Of a stretch of DNA of 64,000 bases, positions 47,439 to 57,141 are shown piece by piece (position 1 is the first letter of the stretch; each line of letters opens with the position of its first letter). Made by a program: the position numbers and the translations under genes. This DNA comes from a bacterium. GTDB taxonomy: Bacteria > Elusimicrobiota > Elusimicrobia > UBA1565 > UBA9628. The notes below the pieces were generated by a model. It had not been told where the DNA came from and searched no databases. It saw only the letters and a program-made list of their open reading frames with translations. The stretch is taken from NCBI GenBank assembly GCA_021846045.1, contig JAJZCM010000003.1, positions 23,604 to 87,603 of the forward strand. Reading direction: 5' to 3'.

Positions 47439-47589
47439 TTGCCTCATGTACAGCTATTCCCAAAAGGTTTGAGCCGGCTGAGACTATCCTGCTTCGTCCA
47501 AATTCAGGGCAAGGTTCTGTAAGCCAGCGCCGAAGCGGTGCCTAGAGCGTAGTTAGCGGGCCCAGCAGTAAAACGTTTTTTTGAGGTAG
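47439..47589. ncRNA. Candidate rod-shaped structured RNA (6S-like)
   Basis: Nested pairings 47439-46/47582-89, 47462-70/47571-79, 47477-80/47563-66, 47514-18/47544-48; apical CGC-CGAA-GCG; central bubble. Confidence 0.4.
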
Positions 47590-47616
47590 CGAGAATTCTG
47601 GGCCCTGAAAATTCGC

Positions 47617-47645
47617 TTGACATCGCGCGTTAGTCCTGCTATTCT
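47617..47645 (+). promoter_or_regulatory. Sigma70 promoter upstream of trxA
   Basis: TTGACA-17 bp-TATTCT with an extended TG. Confidence 0.7.
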
Positions 47646-47706
47646 ATTTACATAGACGTGGAAATGCTCCGCTGCCGTAAAATATCTTCATAGCGAGGTC
47701 AATAAA

Positions 47707-48042
47707 ATGTCAGAAATTCAATTAACGGACGCCGGTTTTGATAAGGACGTTCTTCAAAGCGCCGAGCCGGTTTTAGTCGATTTTTGGGCGCCGTGGTGCG
47801 GCCCGTGCAGAATGCTGGCTCCGGTCGTCGAGGAATTAGCCAAGGAGTACGCGGGGAAAATCAAGGTTGGCAAGCTCAATACCGATGAACAGCAAAATAC
47901 CGCCAGCCGCTATCAGATTTCCGCGATTCCGACCCTTTTGTTTTTCAAAGGCGGGAAAGTGGCCGAGCAGTTGGTGGGACTTCATTCGAAAGCCGAAATT
48001 AAGAAGATTCTCGATAACCTTATTTCCGTTCCGCAGCATTGA
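47707..48042 (+). CDS. trxA: Thioredoxin
   Basis: VDFWAPWCGPC, IPTL. Confidence 0.97.
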   Translation: MSEIQLTDAGFDKDVLQSAEPVLVDFWAPWCGPCRMLAPVVEELAKEYAGKIKVGKLNTDEQQNTASRYQISAIPTLLFFKGGKVAEQLVGLHSKAEIKKILDNLISVPQH

Positions 48043-48122
48043 TTTAAACGCCTCAACGTTCCCGCTCCGCCTGTTTTGAGGTGGAGCGGGCCGGTTTGCC
48101 GTTCGACCCGCGTGTATCCTTT

Positions 48123-50693
48123 ATGAAACCCCGTATTTATCTCATTGATGCCCATGCTTACCTCCATCGGGCTTATCATGCTTTGCCGCCCTTAACCAAT
48201 GCGGCCAAGGAACCCGTGGGAGCGCTTTACGGCTTTGCCCGGATGCTGATTTTGACTCTTAAAAAGGAGAAGCCGGATTATATCGTCGTTTGTTTTGATT
48301 CTCCGGGGCCAACTTTCAGGCACGAAATTTATAAGGAATACAAAGCCACGCGAAAAAAAATAGATGAAGACCTTTTGGTTCAATTGCGCGCGGCGCCAAA
48401 ACTGGCGGAGGACATGGGATTTCGCTGGTTGGCCTCTCCCGGCTATGAAGCTGACGATTTGATGGCGACTATGGCCCAGGCCGCTGAGAAAGAAGGAATG
48501 GAAGCGGTCCTTGTGACGGGAGACAAGGACGCCCTTCAAATGGTGGGGGAGGGGATCAAGGTTTTGCGCGATGTCAATAAGGGAGAATGGCTGGATGCGG
48601 GCGGAGTGCAAAAAAAATTGGGAATTTCTCCGCTTTCGGTCGTGGATTACCTGGCTCTGATTGGGGATTCTTCCGACAATGTGCCTGGAGTTGAGGGAAT
48701 AGGCCCGGTAACGGCGGTAAAACTTATTCATCAATATGGGAATTTGGACGGAATTTTTCAAGCGGCGGTGTCCGGCGATCCGGGCCTCAACCAAAGAGCG
48801 CTCCATTCTCTTTTGAAGGGCAGGGAATCGGCGTTCGCGGCGTTGCGCCTTTTAGAGCTTAAAAAAGACGTGCCGCTGACTCTTAAACCTTCGGAATGCG
48901 CTCATTTATCTCCTGATCCGGAAAAATTGAAAAGCAGCTTTTTACATTTCGGCTTTAGTTCCCTGCTTCAAGAATTTTCCTTGTCTGAGCCCAATGGACA
49001 CGTTCCCGCGCCGCCCGAGGAAAAAACGGCGTTTGTCTTTCAGGAGAAGACTTTTGGAGATTTAACCCCCGCCTTTATGAAGGCTCAAGAAATCGCCGTC
49101 GCCGTTTCTTCCGAGCCCGATAAATCCGGACTTGCCTTGGCCTTGCCGGATCGACAAGTCGCTTTTTTGACGGGGGCCGAAATTAAAGCCCATCAAACGG
49201 ATTTATCCCATGTTTTTAAGTCTTCTTCGCTCAAAACCGCTTATGATCTTAAAGAGGTTTATGCCTTCGCCGAGGAAATGGGGCTTTCTCGTCCGGAACC
49301 CGCTTTTGATGTCCGGATGGCGGCTTATTGCCTTAATCCTGTGAGACCCCGAGAAGGCGCCTTGGATAAAAAAGCCGATTGGAAAGAGCGCCTTATCTGG
49401 AAATTGGGGGAGGCTTTGAACGCCTCGACTCTTAAGAATCGCCTCAAGGAAGAAGGTCTTCTAAATCTTTATGACGATATTGAGTTTCCCTTAATCCACG
49501 TATTGGCTTTAATGGAAGAAGAGGGAATCGGGGTTGATCAGCCGTATTTAGAAAAACTCTCCAAGGAATTTGAGGAAAAAATCGCGAATATTCAAGAAGA
49601 GATTAATCGCGAAGCCGGGTTTCCTCTGAATGTGAACTCTCCCAAGCAATTGGCCGAGCTTTTGTTCGACAAATTGGCTCTTCCCGTCGTTCATAAGACC
49701 GCCAAGGGCGGGCGCTCAACGGATGAGGATTGCCTTAAGATTTTAGCGCAAAAGCATTCCTTGCCGGAAAAAATTTTGGAGTTCCGCGAGGCCTTCAAGC
49801 TCAAGTCGACCTATGTCGACGGCCTTTTGGCCCGGATTGATTCAAAGACCGGAAAAATTCATACCCATTTCGATCAAGCGGGGGCGGAAACCGGAAGGCT
49901 CTCAAGTTATGATCCAAATCTCCAAAACATCCCTATTCGAACCGAAGCGGGGCAGAAAATTCGCCGCGCCTTTGTCGCCGGGAAAGGCCGCCAGCTTGTT
50001 TGCGCCGATTATTCTCAAATCGAATTGAGGATTTTGGCGCACGTATCGAATGACGAGGCCTTAAAAAAAGCTTTTGAAAAAAACGAGGACATTCACGCCT
50101 TGACGGCCGCGGCAATTTTTCACGTTTCGCCTGAAGAGGTGGATGCGGAGATGCGAAGGCGCGCGAAAGCGGTCAATTTTGGAATCGCTTATGGTCAGAC
50201 GGCTTTTGGCCTTTCTCAAGAACTTCAAATACCCCAATCGGAAGCCGCTTCCATCATCAAAAAATATTTTGGGCGCTATCAGGGCGTGTTCCGCTGGATT
50301 GAAGAAAATTTAGCCGAGGCGAGAAAAGAAAAGAAGACCAAGACATTCTTGGGGCGCGTGCGCTATTTGCCGGAGTTGGACGCAAAAAATACGGTCCTTC
50401 GCCAATACGCGGAAAGATCCGCGAGAAATACTCCGGTCCAGGGCGCGGCTTCCGACATCATCAAAATCGCGATGATTCAAATCGCTCGGGCTCTCTCTGA
50501 AAAAAACGAGTTTCATTCTAAGATGCTTTTACAAATCCACGACGAATTGGTGTTCGAGGTTCCGGACAAGGAAGTGGATGGGTTTTCCCTCTGGGTTAAG
50601 AAGATGATGGAAGGCGCGGTTTCTTTGGATGTTCCCTTGGTGGTTGCGGTCAAGGCCGGGCATAATTGGCGAGATTTGGAGGTTGTAAGATGA
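48123..50693 (+). CDS. polA: DNA polymerase I
   Basis: 5'-3' exonuclease (YKATR, EADD, GDSSDNVPGV); polymerase motifs ADYSQIELR, KAVNFGIAYG, QIHDEL. Confidence 0.97.
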   Translation: MKPRIYLIDAHAYLHRAYHALPPLTNAAKEPVGALYGFARMLILTLKKEKPDYIVVCFDSPGPTFRHEIYKEYKATRKKIDEDLLVQLRAAPKLAEDMGFRWLASPGYEADDLMATMAQAAEKEGMEAVLVTGDKDALQMVGEGIKVLRDVNKGEWLDAGGVQKKLGISPLSVVDYLALIGDSSDNVPGVEGIGPVTAVKLIHQYGNLDGIFQAAVSGDPGLNQRALHSLLKGRESAFAALRLLELKKDVPLTLKPSECAHLSPDPEKLKSSFLHFGFSSLLQEFSLSEPNGHVPAPPEEKTAFVFQEKTFGDLTPAFMKAQEIAVAVSSEPDKSGLALALPDRQVAFLTGAEIKAHQTDLSHVFKSSSLKTAYDLKEVYAFAEEMGLSRPEPAFDVRMAAYCLNPVRPREGALDKKADWKERLIWKLGEALNASTLKNRLKEEGLLNLYDDIEFPLIHVLALMEEEGIGVDQPYLEKLSKEFEEKIANIQEEINREAGFPLNVNSPKQLAELLFDKLALPVVHKTAKGGRSTDEDCLKILAQKHSLPEKILEFREAFKLKSTYVDGLLARIDSKTGKIHTHFDQAGAETGRLSSYDPNLQNIPIRTEAGQKIRRAFVAGKGRQLVCADYSQIELRILAHVSNDEALKKAFEKNEDIHALTAAAIFHVSPEEVDAEMRRRAKAVNFGIAYGQTAFGLSQELQIPQSEAASIIKKYFGRYQGVFRWIEENLAEARKEKKTKTFLGRVRYLPELDAKNTVLRQYAERSARNTPVQGAASDIIKIAMIQIARALSEKNEFHSKMLLQIHDELVFEVPDKEVDGFSLWVKKMMEGAVSLDVPLVVAVKAGHNWRDLEVVR

Positions 50694-51529
50694 GCCCCGA
50701 AGTTTTTTCACATGAGCCGATGAGCTATAGGCGACTTCCTCCGGCGCTAAAATCCCTGATTATCGCCAATGTCGCCGTTTTTATCGTCGCGACCCTAGTC
50801 GGGAATTCTTTCTTTGAGCTGTTCGGCCTGGTGCCCCACCGCGTCTTGGCCGACCGTTGGGTTTGGCAGCCGCTTTCCTACTTGTTCGTGCACGGCAGCA
50901 TCATGCATCTGCTTCTTAATTTGTTCGCCCTTTGGATGTTCGGCGTTCCGGTGGAGACGCAATGGGGTTCAAAAGATTTCCTGAAATATTATTTTATCTG
51001 CGGCTTGGGCGCGGCGGCGGCCTCCGTTATTTTGTCTCCGCATTCGATGAACCCTGTGATTGGCGCTTCCGGCGCGATTTACGGGCTTTTGGTCGCTTTC
51101 GCGATGCTTTACCCCGATGCTGTCGTCTATCTCTATTTTTTAATTCCGGTCAAAGCCGCTCATGTGGCGATTCTCTTTGGGCTCGTTGAGTTTTTCGCCG
51201 GCGCCACCCATGCGACGCCTGGAATTGCGCGTTTCGCCCATTTGGGCGGAATGATCACGGGATATCTTTATTTAAGATGGTGGTGGGTTCTTAAAATCAA
51301 GGTTAAGTCTTTGTGGCGGGATTCTTTTTCTGGAAGCGCCATTCGCCCGGGAATTCGGCGTACGGCGACTTCTTCTCAACAGAAACCTGCCCCGAAAGAA
51401 GAAGCGGGTTCCTCGATGGGTGAAATCGATAAGATCTTAGACAAGATTCTGGTCAGCGGCATCGATTCCTTGACGGAAGAGGAAAAAGCGATTATGCGCC
51501 GCTACTCCAATAAAGGAGGCAACGCCTAA
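50690..51529 (+). CDS. Rhomboid intramembrane serine protease
   Basis: HLLLN, GASGAIYG, AHLGG; C-terminal IDKILDKI domain. Confidence 0.93.
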   Translation: MSPEVFSHEPMSYRRLPPALKSLIIANVAVFIVATLVGNSFFELFGLVPHRVLADRWVWQPLSYLFVHGSIMHLLLNLFALWMFGVPVETQWGSKDFLKYYFICGLGAAAASVILSPHSMNPVIGASGAIYGLLVAFAMLYPDAVVYLYFLIPVKAAHVAILFGLVEFFAGATHATPGIARFAHLGGMITGYLYLRWWWVLKIKVKSLWRDSFSGSAIRPGIRRTATSSQQKPAPKEEAGSSMGEIDKILDKILVSGIDSLTEEEKAIMRRYSNKGGNA

Positions 51530-52239
51530 TGAGGCGCCGGTTTTCCATAGGCTTGACCGGGGGCATCGGTTCGGGAAAAACAGAGGCTCTCCGCCGTTTT
51601 TCCGCCTTGGGAGCCGCAACTATTTCCTTGGATGAAATCGCGCATGAGCAGTCTCGCCCCGGAGGACCGGCTTTCTTGAAAATGATCAGGGCTTTTGGAC
51701 GCCAAATTTTAGATGAGTCAGGCTGCATTGACCGGAAAAAAGTAGCCGACCGGGTCTTCTTAAATTCTAATTTACGAAAACGCTTGGAACGTTTGACTCA
51801 CCCTTTAATCCTTAAAGAGATGCAAAGCCAAATGAAACTTTTGTTCGGGATTGTGGTGGTCGATGTCCCGCTTCTTTTTGAAGGACGCCATGAAAAAAAT
51901 TTTGACGCGACCTTGGCCGTTCTCGCGCCGGCCAACGTTAGGCTTCATCGCGTTTCTAAAAGAGACCGGCTTTCGCCTTCGGAAATAAGAAAAAGAATGT
52001 TTGCCCAGATTTCAGATGAAGAGCGCATGAAACGCGCAGATGTCGTCATCGATAATGACGGAGACTTGGCCGCCTTTCACCAAGATGTTAAACGATATTA
52101 TCAGGCTTTTTGTTTAATCGTAACTACTCAGGTCACCCCGGCGCAAGCCGGGGTCCAGAACAGCGATTTCCTGGATTCCGGCTTGCGCCGGAATGACGAA
52201 CCTGAGCAGTTGCATTTAATCAATCAAGAACAAAGATAG
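51529..52239 (+). CDS. coaE: Dephospho-CoA kinase, C-terminus extended by an in-frame element
   Basis: [31 protein letters not shown]. Confidence 0.95.
   Translation: MRRRFSIGLTGGIGSGKTEALRRFSALGAATISLDEIAHEQSRPGGPAFLKMIRAFGRQILDESGCIDRKKVADRVFLNSNLRKRLERLTHPLILKEMQSQMKLLFGIVVVDVPLLFEGRHEKNFDATLAVLAPANVRLHRVSKRDRLSPSEIRKRMFAQISDEERMKRADVVIDNDGDLAAFHQDVKRYYQAFCLIVTTQVTPAQAGVQNSDFLDSGLRRNDEPEQLHLINQEQR
52120..52213. mobile_element. 94-bp MITE-like palindromic element, copy 2 (in coaE)
   Basis: Ends GTAACTACTCAG / CTGAGCAGTTGC; flanks GTTTAATC / ATTTAATC. Confidence 0.88.
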
Positions 52240-52324
52240 TCCCTTTCCTCATAATCTTAAGGTCGGGACAATGCCATCCCTAAGAATTATGAGGAAGAGG
52301 CATAGAAAAATTAGGAGAATAAGT

Positions 52325-53665
52325 ATGGAAACAACCACTCAAACCTCGGCGGCTCAAAATTCGCCTCAAACCACGGGACCCCAGCCCGCGACTGCGCAAT
52401 TGGACGCGACTCAGCTCTCTAAGATGACGGTCGCCGAACTTTCTCAAATCGTCAAGGACCTGAAAATAGAGGGCGTTTCCGGCCTTCGAAAACAGGAGAT
52501 GATCGCAAAAATTCTCGAAGGGCAGTTGAAGGCCAACGGCATGATTTATGACGAAGGCGTTCTCGAGATTTTGCCGGACGGCTTTGGGTTCTTGCGTTCC
52601 CAGGATTATAATTATTTGCCGGGGCCGGATGATATTTATATTTCGCCGTCCCAGATCAAACGCTTTGGCCTTAGAAAAGGGGACACCGTCGGCGGGCACG
52701 TCAGGCCTCCGAAAGATGGAGAGAGATTTTTCGCTCTTTTGCAGGTTAAAAAGATTAACGGAATCGAAGCGGAAACAATGAAAGACCGGACGTTTTTCGA
52801 CAACTTGACCCCGCTTCATCCGAACAAGCGTTTCACTCTTGAAACAGAGCGCGTGGAATTGACGACCCGTCTGATGGATTTAATCGCGCCTATAGGTAAG
52901 GGGCAAAGAGGCCTTATCGTCGCCTCTCCCAAAACCGGCAAGACCGTGATTCTTCAAAAAATCGCCAACGCCATCGCGGCCAATCATAAAGGGGTCGTCA
53001 TCATGGTTTTATTGATCGACGAACGTCCGGAAGAAGTAACCGAGATGCAAAGAGGCGTCAAGGGGGAAGTGATCGCGTCGACTTTTGACGAGCCGGCGGA
53101 CCGGCACGTTCAAGTCGCCGAAATGGTGCTTGAGAAAGCCAAAAGGCAAGTGGAACTTGGAAAAGACGTCGTGATTCTGCTTGATTCCATTACGCGATTG
53201 GCGCGGGCCTACAACACGATTACCCCGTCTTCGGGGCGGGTTCTCTCCGGCGGAATTGAAGCGACTTCTCTTCAAAGGCCCAAACGCTTCTTGGGCGCGG
53301 CCAGAAACATCGAAGAGGGAGGATCGCTCACCATCATCGCGACCGCCTTGGTCGATACGGGAAGCCGCATGGATGAAGTCATCTTTGAGGAGTTTAAAGG
53401 GACCGGCAACAGCGAAGTGTATCTGGATCGGAAACTGGCTGACAGGCGCATGTTCCCGGCTTTTGAGATTAACCGATCCGGAACGCGCAAGGAAGAGCTT
53501 CTTCTATCGGAAGACGAGATCAACAAGATGTGGATTCTACGCAAGGTCTTGGCTCCGCTTTCATCCGTTGAGGCGATGGAACTGCTGAGAGACAAAATTC
53601 TTCAGACAAAATCGAACGCCGATTTCCTCAAGTCCATGGAGTTATCCAATCTCAGCGAGGAATAA
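52325..53665 (+). CDS. rho: Transcription termination factor Rho
   Basis: [49 protein letters not shown] before ATG 52325. Confidence 0.98.
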   Translation: METTTQTSAAQNSPQTTGPQPATAQLDATQLSKMTVAELSQIVKDLKIEGVSGLRKQEMIAKILEGQLKANGMIYDEGVLEILPDGFGFLRSQDYNYLPGPDDIYISPSQIKRFGLRKGDTVGGHVRPPKDGERFFALLQVKKINGIEAETMKDRTFFDNLTPLHPNKRFTLETERVELTTRLMDLIAPIGKGQRGLIVASPKTGKTVILQKIANAIAANHKGVVIMVLLIDERPEEVTEMQRGVKGEVIASTFDEPADRHVQVAEMVLEKAKRQVELGKDVVILLDSITRLARAYNTITPSSGRVLSGGIEATSLQRPKRFLGAARNIEEGGSLTIIATALVDTGSRMDEVIFEEFKGTGNSEVYLDRKLADRRMFPAFEINRSGTRKEELLLSEDEINKMWILRKVLAPLSSVEAMELLRDKILQTKSNADFLKSMELSNLSEE

Positions 53666-53692
53666 GGGCGTGGAAAGAAATCCTCCAAGCCC

Positions 53693-53850
53693 TAGCGTAG
53701 TGAGTCCAACGCTTCTTTACATTTGGAAAGGCCGTAATTCCGGCGCTCTCCTCACCGTCATTCCGGCGCAAGCCGGAATCCAATTGGAAACCTGGACCCC
53801 GACTTTCGTCGGGGTGACGAATGTAAAGGAATTTTTAGGACACTGCACTA
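53693..53850. mobile_element. Palindromic element, copy 3: same hairpin doublet (53756-53819) in a different inverted-repeat shell
   Basis: Core is the reverse complement of the copy 1/2 doublet; ends TAGCGTAGTGAGTCC / GGACACTGCACTA. Confidence 0.7.
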
Positions 53851-53950
53851 AATTGGCGTTTCGCAAAATTGTTTTTCTCCTTCTAGGCCTTGGCTTGGGG
53901 CTTTTGCCGCAGGGCCGGCCCATTAATCCCATGAAAGAAATCGGCAGGGG

Positions 53951-54616
53951 GTGATGAATACTTTTCGGACGTTTTTCATTTTTCTCGGGGTCGCCTTTTG
54001 CATGGGATATTTCGTGAGGGAAGTCCGGGCCGCGCCCGCTCCGCTTTTATGGCAGGAGCATTACTATTTTGACGCGCTTCTTGAGGCGCGCGATCGCCAG
54101 AGCCGCTCGGAAAGCGATCCCAATTTGGTTCCGGTTTTGCGCTCAATAGCGGGAGAGGCCTTGCAGCAAGCCGCCAACGTCGGGCAAATTGATTCCTACG
54201 TCAAAACGCAATTTGGGAGCCTTCACTATGCCTTTCATCAGGAAGATTCGGACGCAAGTCTTAAGATCATAGGCCTTAACCTCAGCACTCTTGGGCAGGG
54301 AATGGTCCAGGTCAAAAATAATTTGGCTTATCTGACGGTGCGTTCCAATATCGCTTTTTCTCAGGCTTTGCCGGATCCGAAAATTTATCAAAACGCCTTG
54401 TTGATTCTCGCGGAAGTCAAGCGCCTTCAATTGGAAGTAAACTCTTTGTATTTAGACGCTTCTTCCAATGACAAGGTGATTAAATCCCATGCGGATGAGG
54501 AGTCCCCTTTGTTTATCTACCAGTCTCATTTCTTCATTCGAAGCCTCTACAGCTTGCAGGGAGAAGTCTTTGCTCTGTATAATTCTGCTTATGACATTGC
54601 TTTGCGGGCTCGTTAG
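53951..54616 (+). CDS. Hypothetical secreted helical protein
   Basis: Signal peptide; 221-aa ORF with no recognised domain. Confidence 0.65.
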   Translation: MMNTFRTFFIFLGVAFCMGYFVREVRAAPAPLLWQEHYYFDALLEARDRQSRSESDPNLVPVLRSIAGEALQQAANVGQIDSYVKTQFGSLHYAFHQEDSDASLKIIGLNLSTLGQGMVQVKNNLAYLTVRSNIAFSQALPDPKIYQNALLILAEVKRLQLEVNSLYLDASSNDKVIKSHADEESPLFIYQSHFFIRSLYSLQGEVFALYNSAYDIALRAR

Positions 54617-55313
54617 GGTTTTAAGCGCCGTTGCGTTGGCGGCCGCGGGGCCGAAGGCGCAGCTGGTTCATTTCAAGACTCCTGACGGATGGACTATCGC
54701 CGGAATGTATTATGTTCCTCCCAAAGCGAGGGGGGCGGTCGTCTTGGTCCACGGAGTTGGCGCGGGGTTTGGCGAGTGGGACCCTTTAGAACCGAAACTT
54801 TGGAAAATGGGACTGGGCAGCTTGGCCATTGATCTAAGGGGGCATGGGAAAAGCGCGAGGGCGGGAAAGAAAACTTGGAAGGATTTTTCCGATTCCGATT
54901 GGGTTTCCGCCCAAAGAGACGTTGAGGCCGCGGTTCGTTTCTTAAACCGTCACGGAGTTAAAGGAAAGCGGATCGGTTTAATCGGCGGTTCCATTGGGGC
55001 TAATCTCGCCTCCCGCGCCGCTGAAAAACTGCATCTTCCATGGGAAGCCCTTCTTTCTCCCGGAGAAGATTACCGCGGAGTGCGGCTTCGGGTCTCGCGA
55101 AACGTCCGCATTTGCGTCGCGGCTTCTCCCCAGGATTCCTATGCGTTTCAAACCGCGTTGTCCTTGGTGACGGCGCCGAACGTGGTTTTTTTGCAATCTT
55201 CTTCCGGACATGGAGCCCAGATGCTGGCTCACCCAAGGTTTGTTGAACGACTATTGTCCTGGATATCCCGTAATTCAACTGCTGTTAAAAAACCTTATGT
55301 CGGTGGATATTAG
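54591..55313 (+). CDS. Alpha/beta hydrolase
   Basis: LVHG, DLRGHGKS, GGSIG nucleophile elbow, C-terminal GHG. Confidence 0.85.
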   Translation: MTLLCGLVRVLSAVALAAAGPKAQLVHFKTPDGWTIAGMYYVPPKARGAVVLVHGVGAGFGEWDPLEPKLWKMGLGSLAIDLRGHGKSARAGKKTWKDFSDSDWVSAQRDVEAAVRFLNRHGVKGKRIGLIGGSIGANLASRAAEKLHLPWEALLSPGEDYRGVRLRVSRNVRICVAASPQDSYAFQTALSLVTAPNVVFLQSSSGHGAQMLAHPRFVERLLSWISRNSTAVKKPYVGGY

Positions 55314-55318
55314 CCTCA

Positions 55319-56629
55319 ATGAGACTCACCATTCACCGCGGCGCTAAAGAAATTGGCGGGTCCTGCGTTGAGATCACGGCGGGCCGGACGCGGGTCATCG
55401 TGGACCTCGGGATGCCTTTGGTCTCGCCTTGGAACAAGAAGGAAAAACTCGAAACGCGCGGTTTTGCGAAAAAATCATCACAGGAACTGCTCGATATGGC
55501 CGTACTCCCGAAGGTCGCCGGACTTTATGCGATGGATGGGGGCGGGGCTGCGGTCGACGCCGTGCTTCTCTCTCATCCCCACCAGGATCATTACGGGCTT
55601 CTTGGACATATCCGGCCCGGAATTCCGGTGTATCTCAGTGACGGTTGTCGCCGCATCATCGAGGCCTCGGATATTTTTCTTCCCATCAAGGCGAATATCC
55701 GCAACCCCGTCGTGATTGATGACCGCAAGCCGGTGAAGATCGGCGACATCACGGTCACGCCCTACCTCATGGACCATTCCGGCTACGGCGCGCTGGCTTT
55801 CCTCATAGAAGGAGACGGCAAGAAGGTCTTTTATTCCGGCGATTTTCGCGCTCATGGACGTAAGGCAGCGCTCTTTCCGAAGTTTGTGCGCACAGCTCCG
55901 CAGGGCGTGGACTGCCTTCTCATGGAGGGAACGACCCTCGGGCGCGAGGGCCGCGCGCCGGAAACGGAGACCGATATCGAGGAAAAAATCGCCGGAATCG
56001 CCCGCCGATATAAAGGGATCAAGCTCGTCTACGCCTCGGGACAAAATATCGACCGCCTCGTTTCCTTCTACAAAGCAGCCAAGAGTATCGGTGGGGTCTT
56101 CGTCGTGGACCTCTACACAGCCTTCGTTCTCGACTCCTTGGGGAACAAGAATATCCCTCATCCCTGCGCGAGTTGCAGAAACTTGAGGGTACTCTATACC
56201 AAGAATTATGTGATAAAACTGGCGCAGGCGGGGCGCGAGGACGCCGTCAAGCGCTATCGCGGCTCGGAGATCACGCTGCGGGAGATCGCGAAGGCGGGGG
56301 AAAAGGCTTTCCTGATGTATCGGGAGTCCATCCGGCCCAAGATCGAAAAAATCGGGGACTTAAAGGACGCGGCCATGATCTATTCGATGTACGAAGGCTA
56401 TAAGCGGGAGGAGTCGTTCAAGAAGGTTCAGTCGTTTCTGGATGAGAACAAAATCATGCTTGAAACCGCGCACACGAGCGGCCACGCCTCTTTCGACGAC
56501 CTCAAACGCTTGGCCGCGGCGCTCAAGCCCAATGTCCTGACCCCGATTCATACCTTCAACCCCGAGCGCTATGCCGAGCTCTGGCCCAAGGTTCGTTCAC
56601 TCAACGACGGCGAGACCTTTGAGCCGTGA
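55319..56629 (+). CDS. MBL-fold/beta-CASP (RNase J-like) metallo-hydrolase
   Basis: EIGGSC, SHPHQDHYG, MDHS, SGDFRAHG, MEGT, HTSGHA, PIHT. Confidence 0.9.
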   Translation: MRLTIHRGAKEIGGSCVEITAGRTRVIVDLGMPLVSPWNKKEKLETRGFAKKSSQELLDMAVLPKVAGLYAMDGGGAAVDAVLLSHPHQDHYGLLGHIRPGIPVYLSDGCRRIIEASDIFLPIKANIRNPVVIDDRKPVKIGDITVTPYLMDHSGYGALAFLIEGDGKKVFYSGDFRAHGRKAALFPKFVRTAPQGVDCLLMEGTTLGREGRAPETETDIEEKIAGIARRYKGIKLVYASGQNIDRLVSFYKAAKSIGGVFVVDLYTAFVLDSLGNKNIPHPCASCRNLRVLYTKNYVIKLAQAGREDAVKRYRGSEITLREIAKAGEKAFLMYRESIRPKIEKIGDLKDAAMIYSMYEGYKREESFKKVQSFLDENKIMLETAHTSGHASFDDLKRLAAALKPNVLTPIHTFNPERYAELWPKVRSLNDGETFEP

Positions 56630-56665
56630 GTTGGTGACGGGAGGTCAAGAAAAGATACGCCAGCC

Positions 56666-57067
56666 CTATACCTCACCCTTATTGATTCGCTCAGATGTCT
56701 TATATGCGTCAACCATCCCAAAAATCCAGAAGGAAATTATAGGTAAGACTCCGAAAATAAAGGGTATGAGAAGCACCGCAGTCAACGATCCCATGAATAT
56801 GCTTCCAATTCCCATAAACCCTGCCCATATCAAGAGGATCACGAAGACGAAGAAATATAAAAATCCTTTTATGAATTGCCCATTATAGATTTGGCCTAGA
56901 CCCACACAACAGAGCGAAAGAATGGCGGCAAGGCCGGAACTTTTCTTCGGGATATATTGTGGCTGGGGGCGCACCCCTTTCTCAAGGAACTCACCGCAGT
57001 GCTTGCATTTCTTTGCGTCCTTCAGTATCTCTTCGCTACAAAATGGGCACTTGGTTGTTTCTTCCAT
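56666..57067 (-). CDS. Zinc-ribbon plus TM2-like membrane protein
   Basis: CPFCSEEILKDAKKCKHCGE; AAILSL...GLGQIYNGQFIKG. Confidence 0.8.
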   Translation of the reverse strand: MEETTKCPFCSEEILKDAKKCKHCGEFLEKGVRPQPQYIPKKSSGLAAILSLCCVGLGQIYNGQFIKGFLYFFVFVILLIWAGFMGIGSIFMGSLTAVLLIPFIFGVLPIISFWIFGMVDAYKTSERINKGEV

Positions 57068-57141
57068 TATTAGGATTGTAAAATAAAAAACTGGACTTAT
57101 CAAATGCAGTTTGACATTCGCGTATTGACTGTTCGTTAATT

